Made by a program: the position numbers and the translations under genes. 64,000 nt of DNA, taken from Octopus sinensis. Its lineage: Eukaryota. The notes under the pieces were generated by a model. That model had not been told where the DNA came from and searched no databases. It saw only the letters and a list, made by a program, of their open reading frames with translations. Positions 52,814-64,000 of this stretch are shown here, in pieces. The first letter of the stretch is position 1; each line of letters starts with the position of its first letter. The stretch spans positions 3,224,001 through 3,288,000 of the forward strand of contig NC_043024.1 in assembly GCF_006345805.1 (NCBI RefSeq), given 5' to 3'.

Positions 52814-53480
52814 ATCATCATCATCATTGTTCGACCATGGTCGAGACAATGGAATTTACTATGTTACGCCAGACTTCACAGTCCATCATAGCATTACAGA
52901 GGTCCTGTTGCTGGATGCCTGTATCCCTGGAGATTACATCAGGGTAGGAGAGTGTGCGCCCTCTGGTATTGCGAGTAGATGGCTTCCAGAGAAGAGTAGA
53001 AATTGCCTCGTTTTCAGTTCTACAACAATGTCCAGCAAACTGGACTCTCCTACCTTTCACAAGAGATGACACAGGTGGTAGTTTCCCATATATTTGCATT
53101 TTGGTTGGATGGCGCTTCCACGAGAGATTTTGAGCTCTCATAAGGAGGCGAGTGTAAGTTCCATCCAACCGCCTCTCAAGCTTCTTTGATAACGTCCAGG
53201 TTTCTGAGCCATAGAGTAGGATTGGTTCGACTGTGGCTTTGAATATTTCAAGTTTGAAGTCTCTACTTAGATTTGATGACCAGATCTTATGCATGTCATT
53301 ACAGGCTGACCAGGCCATACCCTTTCTAGTTAGAAAGTCTTTTCCAGATGATGATATGTATGACCCAAGATATTTATAATCAGAAACCATATTTAAGGGC
53401 GCACTGTTGAGAGTGTGGATGATGCAATCACTGTTGGACAGGCACTTGTTTATGTATTCAGTTTTGGCCTCATTGAGGTA
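52814..53480 (-). mobile_element. 5'-truncated RTE-clade LINE, RT C-terminal ORF remnant
   Basis: ORF 52824-53492: LNEAKTEY, YKYLGSYI, ILLYGSETWTL, VQFAGHC; (GAT)n tail. Confidence 0.88.
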
Positions 53481-53527
53481 AAATTTTATCAAAGCTAACC
53501 AACCTTAACTTAAAAATTTCGTTTTGT

Positions 53528-54700
53528 TTAGTGAAAATGATGAAACGAGTTTTTGTCATTGTTTGAAAGTTTAGAAATATCACAGGCCTTTGAAGAAACT
53601 GCCATTCTTAGCTCATTACTTGGGATTCCATCAGTATGTCTGGTACAAAGACGATTTTTTGCATAATTCAATTTGGTAAAAAACTGCTCACATTGATAAG
53701 TTGTCGAAAATTGAGATGCAAATTTCAAGGCATTTTTATGTAAAGCAGGGAATTTCTCTGGATTGATGGATCTGTAGAAATTCAATATAGATAGATTATA
53801 ATATTTTGATTTTATTAAGTTACTAGCAGTATAACCCGGCATTGCCCAGGATTAAGTTAGGATTATTAAGCTAATCAAGTTCTTTATTTCAAACCAAAGT
53901 AACATTTGAAATAAATCTTCACCCCTAGTTGTTCCATACATTGATTTCAAGGCAAGAAATGTTGAAGTTTGCAGTTATTCCATGTATAAATATTGCCACC
54001 TGAGCAGTATAAGACAGATCAATTGTCTCATCAATAGCTAACGAATACAATACGAATTCTGCTGCATCAGATTTTAGAGAATTTTGAATGTCATCAGTAA
54101 TATCTTTAATATGACCAGAAGCAGGTCTTCCTGATAAGCTAATATTTCCAAAGTTTTCCATGGGCATAGATTCCGAGTTTGATTCCAAGCAGTGACCTGA
54201 ACAATAACAACAATAATAATAATAATAATAACATCGAAAAATACCTTAGGAGTGAGAACCCAGGTTCAAAGTTTCCCCAAGACACCTGAAGAAGGCTGGA
54301 GAGTATATCAGCTGAAACATTGTGTTAACAACAAACAAGGTGAGGATAAATATCCATCAAATATAAATAATAAACTAAGTTTTTCTGAGCTTATATTCTC
54401 AACAACAGTAAGGATACATTCTTTAACAAATTCACCATCACTATGTGGTTTGAGTTTTTAACAATATTTCCACATACGACATAATAGCTAAAGTTACTAA
54501 TTTATTTTCAAGACTCAGCCTTTTCAAAAGAGCTTGTCTTTTAGTTAGGTTTTCTTTCAAGGAGGCTATCTTGTCTAAACGTCCAGATTCTTTCAAATTT
54601 TCATAGGTCTTATGCTTACTCACAAAATGTCTCTCAGTATATTTTATACGAACAGTTACTTGTTTGTTGCAAATAAAACAAATGCACTTGTTATCTATTT
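53528..54700 (-). mobile_element. Fragmented hAT transposase (Buster/Charlie/GTF2IRD2-like)
   Basis: KPHSDGEFVKECI, ISLS..YSLAIDETIDLSYTAQVAIFIHG, FPALHKNALKFASQFSTTYQCEQFF; central region missing. Confidence 0.85.
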
Positions 54701-56335
54701 CTATAAAAAAATAATTTCAGTCCATTTTTCAAACAAAGCACTTCACCAGCATTACTTTTTTTTTTTTTTAGGATTTTTTATAACCGCTTGCCATATTGAT
54801 AAGGGTATTGGAAAATTGATTTGACAAGGTTAACCAAGTTATAAACTGGTGAAATTTATTTTATCACTTTTGGTTTGTAGTCGTAATGCATGCATTTAGT
54901 GTTGTAAAATATAGTAAAAAATAAAAATCTGCAAAAAATTAAGATGTTTGTTTGTTTCTGCAAGGTTTAACTTGATTTTTCTCTCACCCTTGAACTCACA
55001 GGTGTTGGTGAGTGGATAGGGAAGGGCAATAACTTAAGAAACCGATGGCAGATGAAAGTAACTCCTGTTGACCTTCTTGACACTGACTGATAGCAAAAAT
55101 GTGGCAACCCTTTCATACAATTCTATATTTAAGAGATGAGGAATTACGTACATTATTTAAATTTGACGGATATATGGCGTAGCAGTTAAGAGCGTGGGCT
55201 ACTAACCCCAAGATTCCAAGTTCAATTCCAGGCAGTGACTTGAATGATAACAACAACAACAATAATAATAATAATAATAATAACATCGAAAAATACCTTA
55301 GGAGTGAGAACCCAGGTTCAAAGTTTCCCCAAGACACCTGAAGAAGGCTGGAGAGTATATCAGCTGAAACATTGTGTTAACAACAAACAAGGTGAGGATA
55401 AATATCCATCAAATATAAATAATAAACTAAGTTTTTCTGAGCTTATATTCTCAACAACAGTAAGGATACATTCTTTAACAAATTCACCATCACTATGTGG
55501 TTTGAGTTTTTTAACAATATTTCCACATACGACATAATTAGCTAAAGTTACTAATTTATTTTCAAGACTCAGCCTTTTCAAAAGAGCTTGTCTTTTAGTT
55601 AGGTTTTCTTTCAAGGAGGCTATCTTGTCTAAACGTCCAGATTCTTTCAAATTTTCATAGGTCTTATGCTTACTCACAAAATGTCTCTCAGTATATTTTA
55701 TACGAACAGTTACTTGTTTGTTGCAAATAAAACAAATGCACTTGTTATCTATTTCTATAAAAAAATAATTTCAGTCCATTTTTCAAACAAAGCACTTCAC
55801 CAGCATTACTTTTTTTTTTTTTTAGGATTTTTTATAACCGCTTGCCATATTGATAAGGGTATTGGAAAATTGATTTGACAAGGTTAACCAAGTTATAAAC
55901 TGGTGAAATTTATTTTATCACTTTTGGTTTGTAGTCGTAATGCATGCATTTAGTGTTGTAAAATATAGTAAAAAATAAAAATCTGCAAAAAATTAAGATG
56001 TTTGTTTGTTTCTGCAAGGTTTAACTTGATTTTTCTCTCACCCTTGAACTCACAGGTGTTGGTGAGTGGATAGGGAAGGGCAATAACTTAAGAAACCGAT
56101 GGCAGATGAAAGTAACTCCTGTTGACCTTCTTGACACTGACTGATAGCAAAAATGTGGCAACCCTTTCATACAATTCTATATTTAAGAGATGAGGAATTA
56201 CGTACATTATTTAAATTTGACGGATATATGGCGTAGCAGTTAAGAGCGTGGGCTACTAACCCCAAGATTCCAAGTTCAATTCCAGGCAGTGACTTGAATG
56301 ATAACAACAACAACAATAATAATAATAATAATAAC
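54200..56335. repeat. About 1054-bp near-identical tandem duplication
   Basis: Identical ORFs offset by 1054 bp (54612/55666; 55113/56167). Confidence 0.95.
54281..54326 (+). ncRNA. Minimal hammerhead (copies at 55333-55378 and 56387-56432)
   Basis: gacac CTGAAGA aggctg gagagtatat cagct GAAA ca TT gtgtt; third copy has CTGATGA..cagcc AAAA tg TT gtgtt. Confidence 0.6.
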
Positions 56336-56470
56336 AATATGGAAAAATACCGTAAGAATGAGAACCCAGGTTTGAAATTTCCCCAAGACACCTGATGAAG
56401 GCTGGAGAGTATATCAGCCAAAATGTTGTGTTAACAACAAACAAGATGAGGACAAATATCCATCAAATAT
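56167..56470 (+). mobile_element. tRNA-headed, hammerhead-containing element with short inverted ends
   Basis: Box A-like TGGCGTAGCAGT (56229), box B GTTCAATTCC (56274), (AAC/AAT)n, hammerhead, ATTTGACGGATAT / ATATCCATCAAAT inverted repeat. Confidence 0.65.
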
Positions 56471-56628
56471 AGGTGCAGGAGTGGCAAGTAGCTTGCTTAC
56501 CAACCACATGGTTCTGGGTTCAGTCCCACTGCATGGCACCTTGGGTAGGTGTCTTCTACTATAGCCTTGGGCCAACCAAAGCCTTGTGAATGGATTTGGT
56601 AGGTGGAAACTGAAAGAAACCCATCGTA

Positions 56629-56691
<63 letters not shown>

Positions 56692-58110
56692 CTGTTTGTC
56701 CCCTCATCACTTGGGTTGTTTACGTTCCCGTAACTTAGCAGTTCGACAAAAAAGACCGATAGAATAAGTATTATGCTTACAAAGAATAAGTCCTGGGATC
56801 GATTTGCTCAACTAAAGGCGGTGGGCCTTCATAGCCACAGTCAAATGACTGAAACAAGTAAAAGAGTAAAGAGTATACTTTTTTTATAATCCTATTCTCA
56901 AAGCACCAAATTAGTAGTTTCTGTTTCAATGAAGCTTTACTAATTTCTTTTTGATCTTTAATAGATTTTTAAATATTTTTTGCTTATCGATTGACAGAAA
57001 GCAAGTAAATGTCAATTTCAGAGATTTTTTTTCCTTAAAAACTTAACAAATGAAACAGGGAGGAAAATTTAAACACTTGGAGTTCTTGGATATGAATAAT
57101 TTTTACACAGTATAGGAGTGTCTGTGTGTTAAGTAGCTTGCTTACCAACCACATGGTTCCGGGTTCAGTCCCACTGCGTGGCACCTTAGCCAAGTGTCTT
57201 CTACTATAGCCTTGGGCCGACCAAAGCCTTGTGAGTGGATTTGGTAGACAGAAACTGAACATATGTAGACACATACATACATACATATATATGCATGTAT
57301 GTGTGTGTGTATATGTTTGTGTGTCTGTGTTTGTCCCCCCCAACATCGCTTGGCAACCGATGCTGGTATGTTTATGTCCACATAACTTAGAGGTTTGGCA
57401 AAAGAGATCGATAGGATAAGTACAAAGCTTACAAAGAATAAGTCCTGGGGTCGATTTGCTCGACTAAAGGCGGTGCTCCAGCATAGCCACAGTCAAATGA
57501 CTGAAACAAGTAAAAGAGTATCTGCTACAATCCTTCAGCTTTCATTTCATATAAAAATTATTTCGATACATGCAATATATTCTTAGTTTTGTTAGCTAAA
57601 GTGAAGTTGGGTCTCAAGAGAGTGGCACAAACCTAGCAATATCTTTTACAGTGGAAACAAAATTTCCATTCAAATAGCAATTACTGGACGATTTCTGTAG
57701 GAGTCTGACTGTTTTAAGTCATAGTGGAAACCCAACCTGTATCGCAAAAAGGCATACGAGTATTGCATAATTTTATAGGCGTAAGAGTGGCTGTGTGGTA
57801 AGTAGCTTGCTTCCCAACCACATGGTTCTGGGTTCATTCCCACTGCGTGGCACCTTGGGCAAGTGTCTTCTACTATAACCAAAGCCTTGTGAGTGGATTT
57901 GGTAGACTGAAGCAAAGCCCATTGTATATATGTAGATATATATATATGTGTGCGTGTGTGTGTTTGTCCCCCCCAACATCACTTGACAATGGTTCGGCAA
58001 AAGGGACCGATAGAATAAGTACTAGGCTTACAAAGAACAAGTCCTGGGGCCGATTTGCTCAACTAAAAGGCGGTACTCCAGCATGGCTACAAACTAGTAA
58101 AAGAGTAAAA
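56470..58110 (+). mobile_element. Three family A SINEs (56470-56875, 57112-57520, 57776-58110)
   Basis: Homology to 26540-26945. Confidence 0.87.
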
Positions 58111-58190
58111 TGAAAAAGTTACTTTATTTTATACATACAAATATTGGGCTTGCAGGGGTTTCCCCACCCCTGGTTTAAAGATATGCTAGT

Positions 58191-58635
58191 CAGGGATGGG
58201 CAACTTTTCATCAACTGGGGGCCCTGCATTGTACCACTTCCATGTGGTAAAACACATATGCATTGAATACTGCTTGATAAAACACATATGCATTGAATAC
58301 TGCTTACCCACTTGACATTGAATTTTTGCAGTTCTTAATTTTATTCGTCCTAATATGAAAGCTGGCATCTCTTTCATTATTTCCTAACGATAATAATGAT
58401 TACTAGTGTAAATAAATTATAGTTTAAAATATTGAGCTCAAAACAAATAAAAGAAAATTCATTGATATTTCATTAAAGAACAAATTTCATTATCTGTATC
58501 AATGAGATTTTTGAATAGTCACATTCTTTACCATATTTTCAATATTGGGTAGAATTTGAGATGTTGCTATTCTTAGGTTATGCTGCAAATTAGTAAGCTA
58601 GAAACTCATCAAGGGCTGCAGGTTGCCCATGCATG
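58191..58635. mobile_element. hAT-like MITE
   Basis: CAGGGATGGGCAAC / GTTGCCCATGCATG ends; internal about 30-bp tandem duplication. Confidence 0.6.
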
Positions 58636-59654
58636 CATTAGATAATGTAGTCTTGAATGCATTGTATCTGAACAGCTAAGGACTAGTCACAGTAGGAATA
58701 TCTTTGATCATATGTCTGCTTGATCAGGACTTCTCTGTAGCTAAACAACCACCACTACTTCCACCACCTTGTAGTAGGTAGGTCTAAACATCACACACAC
58801 AGAGATACTCGTGCATGTACAAACACACGCTTCCATACATAAATATGCACATCCTGTGTAGCTAAAGGAAATATTATTTTGAGAATGCCAGAGTTATTTG
58901 AGCCATATTGTCGGCCACATTGCAAACATCCGTTGTTTACAGTGATGCGAGGGGATGTCGACAGAGACCGAGAGACAATGGGCAGAAATTACAATAAGAA
59001 CCCCACTATTCTCAAATACCATGTCATTGGATTCACATTCTCAGTAATGCTGTCCCCCCTCCCCCATCTCTCTCTGCTTCTTTTAATATTAACATCAACC
59101 TCTGCTCGTTTTAACACCTCTTCCCCATCCTTTCATTAGCCTTTGCAAATTTTGCACTTTGTTGATCAATTTCATAATCATCATCACTACTTCTTTGGTT
59201 TTTATTCTTCCATTTCCATTTTTACCCCATGCTGGCATGCATTGGACAAGATTTATTTTGGCAGGATTCTAGGGGCCAAATATTGCCCTTCTTGTCACTA
59301 ACCAACCTTCACCATTTTTTTTTTCAAGTAATGTTATTAATGAAGTGGTCTTCACACACAAAAACCACCCAGGTACAGTCACATACTGAAGACCAAATTC
59401 TTCACTCTTGGAATTCACAATGTCAATTCTCAACCATTTTTTAAAACTGCATCCCCTTTTCATAGAGTGACATTTTACAAATAACCCCGCCCCATAGTCT
59501 GAATTTAAAAAATCAGTTTTTAAATTGAAGTGAAACTAATTCTGTACTATAGTATTTTATTCAGACTTTTTCATGTTACCTCATCCAAATTTTTTTTTTT
59601 AAAGATCTTTGCATTGGTTTGTGTCCTGTCCCTTCTGTTGAACTTCTATGAGAA

Positions 59655-59990
59655 TTACTGAAGGGGAAGGACTTCTATAATGAAATTATATTGGACCTTG
59701 CTACATCATCAGTCATGTTTCACTATGTTCACCTACACAGACATTTGTGTGGACTAGAGCCTTCATTATCATCATGTTTAAATTATTAAAGAAGCTGAGA
59801 GCTTCTAGAATGAAATTATATTGGTCCTTGCTACATCATCAGTAATCTTTTTCTATTCACTGATAACACAGATATTTCTGTAGACTAGTGCCTTCTATTT
59901 TTAAATTACTAAAGAAGCTGAGGACTTCTAGAATGCAATTATATTGGACCTTGCAACATCAATCACATTTCTACTCAATGATAACACAAT
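59655..59990. repeat. About 125-bp degenerate tandem repeat, about 2.7 copies
   Basis: CTTCTA.AATG.AATTATATTGG.CCTTGC.ACATCA recurs three times. Confidence 0.8.
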
Positions 59991-61554
59991 GTCTTCCTAC
60001 ACAGTTGAGAAGACAGCAGCATATCATTGGTTATAAAGAATTTGTGCATCAGAATTGCACCACGGAGGTGACAGTAACATTAACCAAAAAGACAAAGCAT
60101 TAATATATTGGTTTCAAATTTGGGAGGGGCTAAATCAATTACATTGACCCCCAGTGCACAACTGGTACTTATTTTATTGACCCCAAAATGATGAAAGGCA
60201 AAGTCAACCTCAGCACATAAAGCATTAATATACTGAGTTACTTATTGACAGGTTTAATCCTTTAAAGATTGAATCAACTCCTGTACTTAACTGCCACTTA
60301 TACAAATCAATGAGAGAGCCACTAGGTAGTCTTAAACTTTTATAAATTCATTCCCATCCAGGAAGTTTGAGAGGAATATTAATCGTTTTATTGCAAGAAT
60401 CAGATATATTCACTCAAAGATTTCATTACCTTTAAGTGCCAGGAAAAAAAGCAAAAGGTGGGATGGTCACAGGTGGAACCCTCTTAATAGGTCCAACCCA
60501 TCAGGGTTTATTAGAGGGTGATTAATAACAAGTATCACACCTCTATCATTGTTACTTTGTGTAACTCCACTCACCACCCGGTTTCCTGTCCCTTGTTCTT
60601 TGAAATGCATCACCCACCCCATCCTTCGATAATTTGACTTCAAGAGATTGGAGGGCCTGAAAAAGGCTATGACCACAACACTTTTGTGCTTAAAGAATTG
60701 TTTCCGACATTGGTAAAAAGCCTGAAATTTTGAGGAAAGGGGAAGGGGTGTGTTTAGTCAATGAAATCAATTCAAGTCTTGATATTTTATTTTATCATCA
60801 CTGGAGGGATGAAGGATGAAGTTAACTCTGTTAGGGTTTGAACTCAGAACATAAAGAGCTGAAACAAATACTACAATGCATTTTGCTCCTTGCTCTAACA
60901 ATTCTGCCAATCTACAGCCCTTAAATTGTTCTCAATATTGGAATAAGGTCTGAAATTGGGAGGAAAGGGAGATGAGCTGATTATATTGACCCCACACTAT
61001 TACTGTGAAAAGCACCCAGTACACTCTGTAAAGTGGTTGGCATTAGGATGGACATCCAGCTGTAGAAACCATGCCAAAACAGACAGGGAGCTGAGTAGCC
61101 CTTCCGCTGGTCAAACCATCTAATCCATGTCAGCATGGAAAACAGGCATTAAATGAGGATGAAGAATGGAAAACAAAATTGACCTCAGTGGAATCGGAAT
61201 TCTGAATGTAGAACTGGACAAAAAACAGCAAGACATTGTTTACATTTTGGCCAAACTTCCACCCTTAATTAATTATAATTGTGGCACAAGACTAGCTATG
61301 TTTTAGGAATAGGGGGCAAGCCAATTACATAGACCCCAGTAGTTGGCAGATACTTTGCTTTTCAACCTTTCAGGTTTAATAAAATAGAGTCAACCTTGGT
61401 GGAATTTGAACTCAGAATGGAAAGCTAGAAGAAATGCTGCTAAGCATTTTGTCTGATTTGCTAACCACTCTGCCAGATAGTCACCTGTGTAAAAAGAATA
61501 ATCATAAAATAATAACAATGTTTTCTGGTTTACAGTCAAGGCCAACAGTTTTAA

Positions 61555-61768
61555 CCCTTTTGTTACTGCATTTATTCTGAGATGCTCTGTGTTTCTTTCA
61601 ATTAATTTAAATATAACAAAGAATTTAGTAAAATAACTGAGTTATCGTTAAGCTAGTGTTAGGAACATAAATTGTGACTAAGGTTTGGTGGAAGATTTTA
61701 ATTCAGAACTTATGAAAACAAGACATTTGTACTCAGAGCTGGTTTTGGCTGGGTTGGTAACAAAAGGG
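61555..61768. mobile_element. piggyBac-like MITE inserted in a family B SINE
   Basis: TTAA|CCCTTTTGTTAC...GTAACAAAAGGG|TTAA. Confidence 0.85.
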
Positions 61769-64000
61769 TTAAGGGGATGGGCTAGTTAATACCAACGACA
61801 CCAATACTTGGCTGGTACTTTATTTTATTGACTGCCTCCCCCCCCCCCCACACACACACACAGAGGGGAGAAAGACAAAGGTGACATTGGCAGGATTGAA
61901 ACAGAGCATAAAAGGGGTCGAAAGAAATACTTCAAGGTATTTTCTCTGAAGCTCTAAAGATTCTACCAAATCCACTGCCATAATAACAATTAAATTTAAA
62001 AAAAAAGACAATTGAATATTTATTATATATAATTTATATACACATACATGAAGTATACATACATATACTATACCTATAGTATATACATATATGCATCATT
62101 AGTATATACATATGTATACACACATGCATATACATCAAATACATGTATATGCAAGATGAGGAAAAAAAAACAACAACAAAAAAGAAAGAGGAGGAAGGGA
62201 TCTCTGTTGGTTTTGACAATGTTTCTGTCTGGAATACTCAGCCACTTGGCTGAGCTGACCAGACACTTGTACCTTTAGTGTTATCCTCATCCAGAATTAG
62301 TGTGGAATTGTGTGTGACAAGGTAGATCCTTTGACTTGAACAGTCCCCAACTAGCAGGCTTCCACACAGTTTCCATCTGTCCAACATTCAACTTCTGGCT
62401 GTGGTAACAGACACTAGCCCAAGAAAGCCATGCAGTGGGATCAAACCTGAGACCTTGTGTTTGCAAAGTGAACTTCTTAACCACTCAGCCATGTCTAACA
62501 TACACACACACACACATATCTACATACCTGTGTGTATGTAAATACATACACACACTATGTACAATATATATAACCCATACTAACAAAGAAAAACAGATGT
62601 TAAAGAAACAAGATGACATACATTATATATATATACATACATATACACACACATATACATATATAAAGATAAACAGATAGGGAGAGAGATACACACATTC
62701 TTACACATATCAACATGTGTGTATATATGCAGGCACATATAGACGTAAGTATATACATATACATCCAAAAATTTGAGTATATACATCACCACCACTATTT
62801 AATTGTAATGCTCCATGCCAGTATGGGTTAGACTATACACACACACCTCAATACTACTTAGGGATATCCCTTTAACAGATATTGGAAGCAGTGAACAAAA
62901 TCACGGCATAACAACAACACCTCTTCACCATCCACGGTAAGTCTGGTTATGACATTTGAAATGTTGACTTTACTGTATTTTTGTGTGTAAGTGTATACTT
63001 ACAGTGTGCAGCTATTTTACACTGTCAGATTGGATAGTGTGCTTGACTAGAAGTACAGTACTCTGTTTATTCCTCTGTCTTTCGCAATGTAATTCTTGAT
63101 ATTAGCCATTCCTAATGTAACTTAACCTTAGTATCAGTACCTACAGACAATCAGCTTCATCGGACCAATGTTCCCCACTTTTTGTTCATAGTACTGAGGT
63201 ATGAGTGTACATTTTATATATATATATATATACACACACACCCAAACATACATAACTCCCCGTCACACAGATGTGTGTGTATATATATATATATATACAC
63301 ATACATACATACATACATACACACACACACAAACATTTACACACATAAATACATACATAGATTATTCATACATGTATATGTAAAAACAAACATATAAACA
63401 CAAATTATATATAAAGAATTTAAGTAATCCTCTCAGAGACATCATCTACATGGAAAAACAAGTTAAATTAGTGCTAAATTTAATGCAGTGAGCATCAAAA
63501 AATCTAACTAAAAGCATTTATGTGGTGAAGAAATGACAATATTAGCTCAATAGTAGCTAATATATTATAGCAATAATTTCGTTAGAGGCAAAACTCCAAA
63601 TATGTTTGTTTTATTCAACAATCCACAATCTGTGTATACCAAAGTAATTATGAGAGAAACAAAGTAATTAGTATATTTAGACATAAAATAATCAGGGATT
63701 ATCAAGAACCTCAGGGATTAATTATTTTAAATGAGGGTAATTTTCTTCACCTAAAAATTTGTACATCATCTCATTGATTCTCTCATGACAGCCTTGGCAA
63801 GTCTGCTGAAGTTCGCTTTGCTGAAGAGATTAAGAATGAATCCTGTTCAGAGTTATTCCCCCTACGTACTGGTATTATAATATTAGCCACTGGCTTCTTT
63901 TAATCACCACTCAAGTAATTTCTAATTAAATTTTTGATGGTAACTACATTAGTATGTGTATCATCATTTGAAGTCCTCTTCCATGCTGGCATGATTTTAT

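Noticed and set aside
55175-55240. Functional tRNA gene
   Set aside because: Only A/B boxes and a rough anticodon arm; no acceptor stem; embedded in a repeated element. The same applies to the SINE heads.

Overview
AT-rich, repeat-saturated animal genomic DNA. The tRNA-derived SINE families and dense (AT)n/(AC)n/(CAT)n microsatellites resemble an Octopus (coleoid cephalopod) genome; this assignment is by recognition, not by search. Only one intact host gene is supportable: an uninterrupted 457-aa ORF (41129-42502, +) behind a splice acceptor, with sulfotransferase-like P-loop motifs, plus a decayed partial copy at 51680-51829. The rest is mobile DNA: Helitron derivatives (PIF1 and Rep N-terminal remnants, hairpin+CTAG ends), two mariner elements, a DD37D maT element, a hAT transposase remnant, several MITEs, RTE and L1/Tx1 LINE fragments and three SINE families. 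Almost all other ORFs in the track are microsatellite or repeat artefacts. The main unexplained signal is a set of type I hammerhead-ribozyme folds (CUGANGA...GAAA...UH) from 7-8 unrelated sequence families, most sitting in small non-coding inverted-repeat elements. One family joins a tRNA-like Pol III promoter to the hammerhead. Also notable: a 62-bp array with higher-order structure grown from a LINE 3' UTR, a 1054-bp duplication with a recombinant junction, and tail-to-tail Helitrons around a 2.8-kb microsatellite that switches strand polarity.
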